The notes beneath the pieces are model-generated. The model saw only the letters and a program-made list of their open reading frames with translations. It was not told where the DNA came from and made no database searches. The position numbers were made by a program, and so were the translations under genes. Below are positions 1 to 10,987 of a stretch of 64,000 nucleotides of DNA, piece after piece; position 1 is the first letter of the stretch, and each line of letters begins with the position of its first letter. The DNA is from Macrostomum hystrix (taxonomy: Eukaryota > Animalia > Platyhelminthes): NCBI GenBank assembly GCA_950097015.1, contig CATNEN010000038.1, positions 7,626,001 to 7,690,000 on the forward strand. Direction: 5' to 3'.

Positions 1-806
1 AATAGATAACGTCCTTATAAGTAGCAGTGGTTCAATAAGATTTGAGTTATTTTCTAAGTTAACTCAAGTTAACTTGTAGTTAACCTCAGACCTAAAAAAA
101 GAATTCCGTGATTTGGCAGAAAAATTCTGCGCACAGACGAAGCCGAAGCCGTAGTCAGTCGCGCGGTGAGACCTCCGAGTCGATGCTCAACGACTCACCC
201 GCAACCGTTCCGGCCCAGCCCGCACCGCACAATGCAAACAAGTTTCCATGTCGCCACCAAATGCGCCGAAATTCTCGCCTGGGTGATAGTCAGTATATCG
301 GCAGCAGCGTGGCTGACACAAACGTCTCTAGTGCCGAGGTTCGGTCGGAATATTCTTCCCAGGAAAATTGCACTTACTTAAACCAGGCCCACAGACTCGT
401 AGTAGCAGACGACGATCACACCTACGAACCGGTGGTGCGAATTCTACCTGCCGCGGCTGTGTAAGTGTGGCGCTGACTGACTGTACGGGCAAGTCAAGGA
501 GAGAGTAACTCGCACACTATTTATTGTACATAAAATCTTGTTGGTTGGCTAAGTTAACTCAGCTATCGTTATTTCTGTCTCTTTTTTCTACTATACTTCT
601 TGGTTGTACTCTGAAAGTTATTCACTTTTTATAGATTATACATTTATATTGCTGTCATTTTATTTAGATAAGTTGAAGTACGAGTATGATAGTAGGAATT
701 GCACCACATCCAGAATATTTTGGCCACTATACCATTATGCATCAATAGAAACGTTTTGGTAATATCGCGGAATATGCATGTGTATAAATCTATCATAAGG
801 AATTAT

Positions 807-930
807 TGGCAGAGCAGTCAACGCTTTTACCACTCGCACTCAAGACCATGAGCTCGATTCCGCGAGTTTTAATTGATTTAGGCGAAGTCACGGAGAGGAG
901 GCATGGGGGCTTGAAGTGCAATTTACGTGC
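807..930 (+). mobile_element. Highly degenerate SINE family 1 head
   Basis: TGGCAGAGCAG..CTCGCAC..GAGCTCGATTCCGCG..CGGAGAG..GGGGGCTTG. Confidence 0.5.
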
Positions 931-1894
931 CGTTAACATTTGAGCAAAAAAATTAATCATGCAACCATATCGGCTATTAATTATTGTTGATTATGTTGTT
1001 GATTGTTTTGAATGATAAATGAACAATTTTGGGTTCGCGATAAAGCTTTATACAGAGCTAGTAGTCTTTGTCACCAGGGTATTCGACAGGAATCGCTGAC
1101 TAGCTCGACGATGTCGACTTAGGCTAAATTATGCTTCGACTTCGGCATAATTTTATAGCAAATGTACATGCAAATAGTTTCATTTGACCTGTCCCGAACA
1201 GTATTTTATATTTTAGCTTATGAGTTTCCTTGCGCTTGTCTAAGATCGTCAGACAATTTCCTTGATGATTTGGCTATTTTTTACTATGCATCGTGGTAAT
1301 ACGAATTTAGTATTTTGTGACCTAATTCTTACTGTGAGCCTGTAATTTGTAACAAATAATTTTCACTTCGATTTCTTTCGCTTTTGTACAGTACTTCTAA
1401 TTATATACATATATGGTGCTAATTTCGATCGTGAGTACATTGCGTGCTGTTATTTATCGTCAGAGGTTAACTCTAACTGCTCAAATTGAACGCAATAAAT
1501 GTAGCATATTTTTCGAGTGTAATCATCTGTAGTTGTAGGGCCGGTATGATCTTGATTCCAAACATAAACGTTGAGATTGAAATTCAACAACGCAAAATTT
1601 TCCGTTCCGTTACTCTCAAAATATATATAAATTACCTTGTCAATAATAAACCATCCGCATGTATTCATGTGTGTGTAGGAGTAAAATGATTTGATTTGAT
1701 TTTTCAAAAGCTAAGTAAATGCGTTAACTCTATAGTGATCTTCTTTATTTGCAAAAATATTTAACAGCCTGCGTCGGTTTTAAGAAAAAATCAACCTTTA
1801 CTTTTTAGGAAAGACTGCATTGTATTGTAAGTCTTGGGCTCATTTTCCTTTTGAGGTGCATTTTTAATTTACGATAGAAACGAAAATGCAGGGC

Positions 1895-2309
1895 TGTTTC
1901 GTTCTAACATCGCGATATAACATGCAAAAGGACGCATTTGCATCGATCTATAACATGTTAGATGTTGCGTGTAAAATATTCTTATTCCAAGAAAAAAATA
2001 AAATAAATGACAAGAAATTATATTTATATTGCTTTAGCGAGCTATACAAATTATTAATATTACCTATAGCTAGCCTAGCTAAACTACAAATAGCTAGTTA
2101 ATAAGTAGGCATTTTTCTTATTGCTACACTGCTAGTAAGGGGCTTTCTATTAGGATTATTTCAAGGTTAAAGTATAGGCATTAACGCAACATAACATGTT
2201 ATAAACCGATGCACATGCCAAATTTTAGCATTAACGCAACTTCTAACATGTTATACACCGATGTACATGCCCACTTTTTGCTGCTATAATCCGAAGTTAG
2301 AACGAAACA
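1895..2309. mobile_element. Old MITE-like element with imperfect TIRs of about 80 bp
   Basis: TGTTTCGTTCTAAC..TATAACATGTTAGATGTTGCGT at the left is mirrored at about 2232-2309. No TSD recognised. Confidence 0.6.
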
Positions 2310-3015
2310 TTATAGTGCGAAAATGATAGGCTGCCGGATTTTAATTTGACCGTAACACCGTAAGAGTAGTTGGTTTTAACTAATTACTCATTATTATGCC
2401 ACAGCTTTGAATTTAACATGTGTTTTGGAATGGAATAAACAAAATTTTCTTTTTTATGCACATAAAGATGTTACGATATATTTAGCGATATTTTTAAAGC
2501 AATCTTTCAAGTTTCAAACTTTTCAACCTGGTAAATGGGTAGTTCAAATTCATTTTGTTAATTTTAGGATGCACATTGTTTGCCTTAAAATTATTAATGT
2601 TTATTAAAATAAAAAATAATATATATATTTGTTGCATTTTCAAATTCTGTTGATAATTGAAAGGTTGGTAATGATTTTTTATTTCTCGTCTTTTGTGCAC
2701 CAAGCAATCTTTTTGAAATGTCCTTTTGCCCTAAGTGTAACTTTAAAGCAGTTATAATCAGATTTCGAAAAGAATAATGTCATAAGCATTGAAACACAAT
2801 ATAATATTTTAATTAACTTGTATTTTAATAAGCATATTAAGGTGCTTATTTGATGCTTCTTAACATGCCATGTTATCTTTTCATATGCATAAAAAACTCG
2901 GTGCACAAACAACTTGAATTGAGCACCGTTAAAAGCATTTTGCTTTCTCCTTCATCCGGTTGTTAAGCGGACTAGACTTCATCTCCGCGTACGAGTATAG
3001 TCTCAGGCACAGCTG

Positions 3016-6000
3016 ATGGAGCATCAGCGACCTCGCCGGACCATCTCGCAGCCAGCTGCGAGGAGCAAATTTGCCGCCTTTGGCAAGCTGCTCAGGCCGT
3101 GGAAATGGGGCAAGGCCTCCGCCGACAAGGATGGCGGCATCTCAGCTTGCTCCGCCGCAGCTCGAGACTGCTGTAAAGAAAGTGCTTTGACAAGTGAGTA
3201 GACATGTTAGAACAAGATTGATTGATGTACTCGTAATTTAGGAACTAGCATTATTATATAAGAACTTGCTTTGCAATTATATTTCTGATTGTGGCATTTT
3301 ATTGCTGCATGTCAGTTTCAGTAAAAATGTTTATAAAATTCTTGGAACTGCCAGACAGAAGGATGTAAGATTTCCTGTGTTACTCTGCAGCAGCAGCTAT
3401 AAAAGCATCTCGCGCACTGTAGTCTTTCATTGCATCTCGCGCAGTGTCTTAGAACATCCGCTGCTTCGAATGTGCAATTTGCATTGACAAAAGAAGCTTG
3501 ATCTAGCTTGTTTCGTGGTCACTTGGGTGCAGAGATCTCGAATATACAAATTCAGCTGAGAATTGGTACAGTGTGCATGGGCAGTGTTGTAGCGAACACA
3601 TATCGAGCGCACTAGATGTGACGACCCTAAGACATTTTATTTATAGTCAATGTAGGCTTGCATGGGGCTGCATTGTATATCGATATTGCAATCGTGAGTT
3701 CCGACCTGATCTTGCCTTTAGACGAAAATTTGGCTGTGCTAACTAAATTATATATAGATATGTAGACATCTGCAAATATTCTTGTGACTCATCGTCATCT
3801 CCTCATCTCCTCATCGTGCCTCTCCTTTACCTCTGCATCTCCCCCTCCTCTCTCCGTGTCTCTCCTCTCCCTGTCTCTCCCCTGTCTCTTCCTTACGCCT
3901 TCTCATTGCAAACTATAATCAAGATGGTATCTGATGGACAGGACTTCCCTTTAAATCATCACATGGACACTGCCATTCCTGCTTTTTTCAAATCCAATGC
4001 TTCTAATCAAGCCCAATGCTTCTTATCGTGCTGTCTTCTCCCAAATTCCTCACTCGCAGTTGTTCATTTCCGGGCCCTTTTTCAAGTTTCATGTGCAAAG
4101 TTTTGTTACAGAACAGAAAATATTGTGCATCAACTAATCATACGAGCTACATAAATCTTTATCTAAAAACGGTCTCTACTGCTGTTAGTAGAAACTTGCG
4201 GCAAGTTCTCATGCTAAGAAAGTCTTCCTTCTGGCATCTTATGTTAAGGCTTATCTTTTTCTCCCTCTTAAGTCTGCTCATCTCTCTCATCTCTCTTTCA
4301 TCTCTCTCATCTCTCTTTCATCTCTCTTTCATCTCTCTCATCTCTCTCATCTCTCTTTCATCTCTCTTATCTCTCTCATCTCTCTTTCATCTCTCTCATC
4401 TCTCTCACCTCTCTTTCATCTCTCTCATCTCTCTCATCTCTCTTTCATCTCTCTCATCTCTCTTTCATCTCTCTCATCTCTCTCATCTCTCTTTCATCTC
4501 TCTCATCTCTCTCATCTCTCTTTCATCTCTCTCATCTCTCTCATCTCTCTTTCATCTCTCTCATCTCTCTCATCTCTCTTTCATCTCTCTCATCTCTCTC
4601 ATCTCTCTTTCATCTCTCTTATCTCTCTCATCTCTCTTTCATCTCTCTCATCTCTCTCATCTCTCTCATCTCTCTCATCTCTCTTTCATCTCTCTCATCT
4701 TTCTCATCTCTCTCAACTCTCTTTCACTTTTTATCCATCTCTCATCTCTCCCTCCCACACACACACACACACGCACACACACACACACTCCCATTCCAAA
4801 TCGCCATTCTGATGAGCTCCAATAAGAGCGAAACGCGTCTGGAGTTGCCTTGGTTCGAATCCTGATTTCAATTTTTTCGATACATATCGGAATCGATTCC
4901 AACATTCGATTTTTGAAATTCCATGGGCAGTGTCCTCTCTCCTCTCTCCCGCTCTCTCTCTCCCTCTTTCCCTCTCTCTCATCTCTCTCATCTCTCTCTT
5001 ATCTCTCTCATCTCTCTCATCTCTCTCACCTGTCTTTCACTTTTTATCCATCTCTCATCTCTCCCTCCCACACACGCACACACACACGCACACACACACT
5101 CCCATTCCAAATCGCCATTCTGATCCCGCCCATTGGTCGGCAGTTCCCTATCGAAGACCTATCCAGTGAACAGATAACTCAATCAGATACACTGGCTGTA
5201 CATTTTGCAGACATTTCTCTAGCTAAAATAATTAATCGTGGCTTAACTGAACATAAATAAATAGTAGAAGAGAAGCACGCTTCTACCCGACCTGCCGCGT
5301 GTTTCTGCTTGGCTAGAGTAAAGTTCGCGCGAGGTTTCGCATCAGAAAATTGTGCGCGCTGAGAGAGCGGAGCCGCAGGCGAGTTCGCCTTGCAGTGTAC
5401 TCTGTGCCTCTCCCGCTCTCACCAGTTCTGCTACTTCTCTACCCCCACCACCTTGTAGTGAGTAGGCAGATTTTGCTTGCCGCAGCCACCCCACTCCACA
5501 GCACGAAATTTTGTGTACAACTGAAGCGCAGCAATTGTGTGCGACCCGCACTGTCCGCCCCTTAAGAGACCGGCGTTGCGAGCCAGTAGGCGGTATCTGC
5601 AAATTATTAGTGTGCCGTCTGATACAGTCCCTACGAAATCCGTCACCAACGGTCTTATCGCCTCTAATTCGATAATTCGAGTCTCAATTTCTGGCGCGTC
5701 TACACGCGAACTAGATTAAATTGAAGCTGCTCGGAGTCAAAGGAGAAATCACTTTTGCTTGAAAGGACACTCGAGCCAGAAGTGTCTAACAGTGAGGAAA
5801 GGTCAGGACAAGCGACTTCAGCGGGCATCGAGCGATGGGCTGCATCCAGTCCAAGAGTCCGCGCTCAGTCGAGCTGAATACCGCGGTTGTCGGGGGCGGT
5901 CGCGAGTTCGACTCGTCCGAGCCGTCGGTCAGCGCGGCGAAATATCGCCCGGCAACCGTGTCGAACGCAGTCCAGGAGGTAGTCTTGGCAACGCCAAGCA

Positions 6001-9000
6001 GTCCGCGAAACAGCAACCAAGATTCGAACAATAACAGCGGAGTGACCGCTCCAGGTGGAGGTACTACCAATTTTACTGGATTTCTGTTAGACCCAGACGC
6101 CTGCGAGATTTTGGGACTGGGGATCAGAGGGGAGATTTCGGGACTGGGTACCAGAGAGGGAGATTTGGGGGCTGACAATCAGAGGGGGAGATTTCGGGAC
6201 TGGGGATCACAGAAGAAGATTTCGGGACTGGGGATCACAGAAGAAGATTTCGGGACTGGGGACCAGAGGGGGAGATTTCGGGACTGGGGACCAGAGGGGG
6301 AGATTTCGGGACTGGGGATCAAAGGGGGAGATTTGGGGACTGGGGATCAGAGGGGGAGATTCGGGACTGGGGATCACAGAGGAAGATTTCAGGACTGGGG
6401 ATCACAGAGGAAGATTTGGGGGCTGACAATCAGAGGGGGAGATTCGGGACTGGGGATCAGAGAGTGAATGAGGAATGAAAACCAGACAGGGAGATTTCAG
6501 GAACGGGGATCAGAAAGGGAGATTTCGGTATGGTTATTAGAGAGTGATGTCGGAATGAGGATCCGGGTGAGATTGGGGAAACGAATACAGGTATTCCCAT
6601 ATCCGACTATTGAAAGAGCAATCAGTAAATAGGAAATCTTTTTAACTTTTCAATTTACAAAGTGCTGGTTTTTTAGATCAGCATCGTGGATAGAGGATCG
6701 ACAGGGATTACCTAGCTTAAAATCCCAAAGCCCGGATTATCCCCACATTCGAACTAGCTCGCAATTAGCAAGCCCGCTGAGTTTTAGACGAAAAAATGAA
6801 GTGAACCTGTGGATTGATAGTAGCGATGAAGAACCTTTCTCAACTTAAAAAATATTTTTGTAGAAATTAGATACCTGATTGGCAGTTGCAACAATTAAAC
6901 CAACAGGGCGATAAGCAGTCAAATATAATAATCAAAAACTGTTCACAAACTGTAACAAAAACGAAAAACTGTTAAATGGTCAGAAATTTTGTTTTAAAGT
7001 TGATTTATTAACTCGTTCATTTATATTTTATTATACCGTACTGTCAAATAATTAAATATTTCAACGATTGTACTTTAGTACCTATGCACTTTAGTACATG
7101 TGTACTTTAGTACCTGTGCACTTTAGTACATGTGTACTTAAGTGCATGTGTACTTTTGTACCTGTGCGCTTTAGTACATGTGAACTTTAGTACCTCTGCA
7201 CTTTAGTACCTTTGTAATATAGTATGCTTGAACTTTAATTCGTTTGTACTCGTGTTTAGGATCGTTTAAAATTGTTCTAGTAATTAATTCCTCTAAAAGC
7301 TGATGAGTACTTCTGAACTTTTATGCGTTTGAAAAGCCCAGTAGAACACAATTGTGAACTTGAGAAGGAAATAATTCACTTGTGAATCAGTTCAGCCAAC
7401 TGTAAAATGGGCAACACTATCAGCTGGGGTAGAAAAGCTGTGTGGGTATTTGACGACCTCCCATATGGCCTGACAAAAAGGGACGATGTCTCAGTCGCCT
7501 TAAAATTCTCTTTTGACAATTCAGAACCTCCGACACAGCCGGAGCAGCTGCTCAGTTCATCAGGCCGTGTCTGCAACGGTGCTGCAACCAGCGTAGCTGC
7601 AGACTCGACTGACAACTCGGCGGGTATTCAGTTGTCCGACCAACCTGATGGTGCGACAAAAGGTTTGTACTTTTGGTTGACAGTTTTCGTTCAGTTTAGA
7701 TTTGGTTTGCAAAGAATAATTCTCGTATTTCATTGTTGCTATAAAATGAAAGTGCTATTTTCGTGACTGTCATCTCAGACAGTGTCATTTCTGTGACTGG
7801 CATCTCAGACAGTGTCATTTCTGTGACTGTTATCTCAGACAGTGTCATTTCTGTGACTGTAATCTCAGACAGTGTCATTTCTGTGACTGTCATCTCAGAC
7901 AGTGTCATTTCTGTGACTGCCATCTCAGACAGTGTCATTTCTGTGACTGCCATCTCAGACAGTGTCATTTCTGTGACTGCCATCTCAGACAGTGTCATTT
8001 CTGTGACTGCCATCTCAGACAGTGTCATTTCTGTGACTGCCATCTCAGACAGTGTCATTTCTGTGACTGCCATCTCAGACAGTGTCATTTCTGTGACTGC
8101 CATCTCAGACAGTGTCATTTCTGTGACTGGCAGCTTGGTCGCAGCAAAGCAGTCTCAGTAATTAGCAAAGGCTGTTGTATTTCAGTTAGCACAGTTTCAG
8201 CTCACAGGCATTTATTCCAAACAGAGCCAGCAGCATCTGGCCTTCTGTTGCCAAACTGGGCTGTTGAGGAACACATCCGGATGCAAAATGTTATTTTAAT
8301 GTTAGAACCTGCATTTTTACTGCATTCTATAAAATATTATATCTGTAAAGCGATTTATAACTGAAGTAATTTGCCGAGCCAGCCTCAACTATTATGAATG
8401 ATTCGTAACACAAAGTTTCCTAAACGACTCTGAACTTTAAATACCAAAATGCTATGTTAAAATTAGTCACTTGGTAAAACACTGCTCGGGTAAATTCATT
8501 TTAAGCAGCAGCAGCAGCAGCAGCAGCATCACCAGGGGTGACGGCTGCGGCGGCACTTTTTCAACCCCGAAGCCGAGCCCCAATCAGCCTGGGCGAAGCA
8601 TCAGCAGCTGCAGTGGCTCCTGTCCTGCCCCCTGGTATAATTCAAAGCTGTAAGGATGAGCACAGCTTTGAGCACTCCAACGCTAAACTGAAAATTTTTT
8701 TGTGTTCCTGCCTGCCAACTAACCTATTCTTTCATGATTTTAGGCACAATCTTAAGATAATTGCCGGTGTGAGATGCTTGCGTTGCTTCAAACATTTTAA
8801 GACACGATGCTTTTAAACCATACTGAATAACCCTATTGAGTTGCACCGGCTTTTTACTAGCACCAATCACTAAACCGCACTTTTTAATTCACGGAACTAA
8901 CTATATAGCACCGGTCATATAGTCATATAGTCATATACTAACTATATAACCGGTGTCTTTAAAGTTACCTTGGCCTCCCTCCTGACCCCAGGCTTCCCTC

Positions 9001-10987
9001 CTTCCTGACCCCAGTCTTCCCTCCTGACCCCAGTCTTCCCTCCTTCCTGACCCCAGGCTTCCCTCCTTCCTGACCCCAGTCTTCCCTCCTGACCCCAGGC
9101 TTCCCTCCTTCCTGACCCCAGGCTTCCCTCCTTCCTGACCCCAGGCTTCCCTCCTTCCTGACCCCAGGCTTCCCTCCTTCCTGACCCCAGGCTTCCCTCC
9201 TTCCTGACCCCAGGCTTCCCTCCTTCCTGACCCCAGGCTTCCCTCCTTCCTGACCCCAGGCTTCCCTCCTTCCTGACCCCAGGCTTTTTACTAGCACCAA
9301 TCACTAAACCGCACTTTTTAATTCACGGAACTAACTATATAGCACCGGTCATATAGTCATATACTAACTATATAACCGGTGTCTTAAAGTTACCTTGGCC
9401 TCCCACCTGACCCCAGTAATTCCCTCCTTCCTGACCCCAGGCTTCCCTCCTGACCCCAGGCTTCCCCTGCTCCATCGGGCAACCAACTGCGGCGGCACCT
9501 GAGCTCACTGCTCAGAATAAGTCATCGTCAATTATTAATCAGAAACCAACCCACAACCCACCCCTGACCATGATGCAGATTCTAGTCAGTCGCCGAGGCC
9601 AGTGTCCTCGTCGTCCGTAAAATTTTCGGCAGAAGCAGTAGCGGCAACAGCAGAAGTAGCAGCAGCAGCAGTATTCGGTAAGTAAATTGTATTTGTAGCT
9701 CGTGATCAATAACTTGTCTGAAATAGTCCGAGACTCATGTCGCTGCACTGTCGGCTCGCAATACAAGGAAGTTCCACACGTAATAGCTCGCCTGTCTGAT
9801 GTGTCCTAAAATAGTAACACGATACAGGTCCCCCACATGCCAATGAGCTGACAGCTTATCTATAGGCTCTCTGAGACCTCATGCGCCTGAAAGTGATTCA
9901 TTGATAGCCGATAGTGCAATCTGACATGCATGAAGGTCAACCGCAGATTATCAAGCGGGGCTATAATCTCAAGCTGATCCCAGAATCCAAACTCCGCCTG
10001 CACTCCAGTGGAGAAGTCTCAGCAGCAGCATCAACCGTTTCGCTCAAGATCGCCGCCTCCGCCACAGCCAACAGCCGACGAAGACGATGATGATGACGAA
10101 GATGACGATTCCACACAAGGTGAATTTACGCCCGCCAAAGACAGCGACAGCGATCAGGAAGGCGAAGGGAATCGCTTTTACGACGACGTTGCCGAAGACA
10201 GCGACAATGACGCAGATCGTGACCCGGACGACGCAGTCGGCGAAAGCGTCGGGAGCCGCTACGAGAAGGTCCCAGCCCGGGAGCCGGACCTCAGTAGGCA
10301 GCCAGGCCGAGGCATCATGCGAAAGCCTGGCGAGGCTGGCCGCCTGGCCGGCAAGGTGACCCGCAAGGAGTCGCTGGCCCGCTTCCTGGAAAGCCAGCGA
10401 CGGGAGCGCAAGAACGGCCTTCAGCTGCAGCGGGTGCCGTCACAGCTGAGACGCGAGGAGCGCCGACGAATCGGCAACGTGCTGGAGCGTCGGCTTAGTC
10501 AACGACCGACTGCTGAGGAGCTGGAGCACAGGAACATCTTGCACGGGGAGTCGGAGGATGAGCTGGAGTCAGCCCGGCAGCAGACCATCAAGTACCTCAC
10601 TAGGAAGCTGAGCTACCGGCCCACCGTGCAGGAGCTCCGAAAGCGGCGCATCATCGAGTTCAATGACTACGTGGAGGTCACGGACACCGAGGAGTACGAT
10701 CGGGGCATCGACAAACCGTGGACCAGGCTGACGGCTACAGACAAGGTACGCCATTATTTCCCAATAGCAAAATTGCCACCTTAACTGCATTGTGTGCACA
10801 GCTAAAAAAGCCCCTAAACCGCTGAGACTCCGTTAGACTTGATCCACTTTAATGCCACTCTCGCAACTCTCGCCGCAAATTTAAATTGTTTCAGGCCAGG
10901 ATTCGCAAGGAGCTGAACGACTTCAAGGCCAACGAGATGCCGGTGCACGAGGACAGCAAAAAGCACACGCGATTTCACAAGCCCTGA
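3016..10987 (+). CDS. PHACTR: Phosphatase and actin regulator (Phactr family), spliced; about 469 aa in the long model
   Basis: Exons 3016-3193, 7525-7662, 8506-8634, 9543(or 9579)-9677, 10009-10745 and 10895-10987 join in frame with GT-AG borders. N-terminal GKLLRPWKW motif; RPEL repeats ERRLSQRPTAEELEHRNIL and TRKLSYRPTVQELRKRRII; PP1-binding C-terminus IEFNDYVEV..YDR..DKPWTRLT..DKARIRKELNDFK..EMPVHEDSKKHTRFHKP*. The low-complexity middle exons are less certain. Confidence 0.9.
4277..4720. repeat. Pyrimidine-rich low-complexity repeat (CTCTCTCAT / CTCTCTTTCAT)
   Basis: Visible tandem array; explains the spurious ORF 4016-4825. Confidence 0.95.
4809..4842 (+). ncRNA. Hammerhead ribozyme core (minimal type I, schistosome/Penelope-like), helix I apparently disrupted
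   Basis: CTGATGA (4809-4815), helix II GCTC/GAGC with loop CAATAA, GAAA (4830-4833), palindromic helix III ACGCGT, and GTC cleavage triplet (4837-4839). Confidence 0.65.
5835..6060 (+). CDS. PHACTR: Probable alternative first coding exon of Phactr (starts MGCIQSKS)
   Basis: GC-rich ATG-led ORF inside the Phactr intron. Candidate donors after 6054 and after 6060 are both phase 1, matching the phase-1 acceptor at 7525. Confidence 0.6.
6105..6530. repeat. G-rich minisatellite, unit about 28 bp (GGGGGAGATTTCGGGACTGGGGATCAGA)
   Basis: Visible tandem array. Confidence 0.9.
7070..7215. repeat. 16-bp minisatellite (CTTTAGTACMTGTGYA)
   Basis: Visible tandem array. Confidence 0.85.
7763..8129. repeat. 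30-bp minisatellite (GTGACTGCCATCTCAGACAGTGTCATTTCT)
   Basis: About 12 near-perfect copies. Confidence 0.95.
8848..9466. repeat. 23-bp minisatellite (CCTGACCCCAGGCTTCCCTCCTT) embedded in a direct duplication of about 130 bp
   Basis: The segment starting GGCTTTTTACTAGCACC occurs at 8848 and 9282, each followed by minisatellite units. Confidence 0.9.

Noticed and set aside
7295-7325. Second CTGATGAG hammerhead candidate
   Set aside because: No properly placed GAAA, helix II or cleavage triplet.
7407-7524. Second myristoylation-like start MGNTIS in frame with Phactr exon 7525
   Set aside because: It runs through an ordinary pyrimidine-rich acceptor with no other support. Probably chance, though a third first exon cannot be fully excluded.
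9430-9470. Minisatellite CTGACCCCAG as the true Phactr acceptor
   Set aside because: Using the AG at 9440 or 9459 leads to stops; the frame-compatible acceptors are 9542 and 9578.
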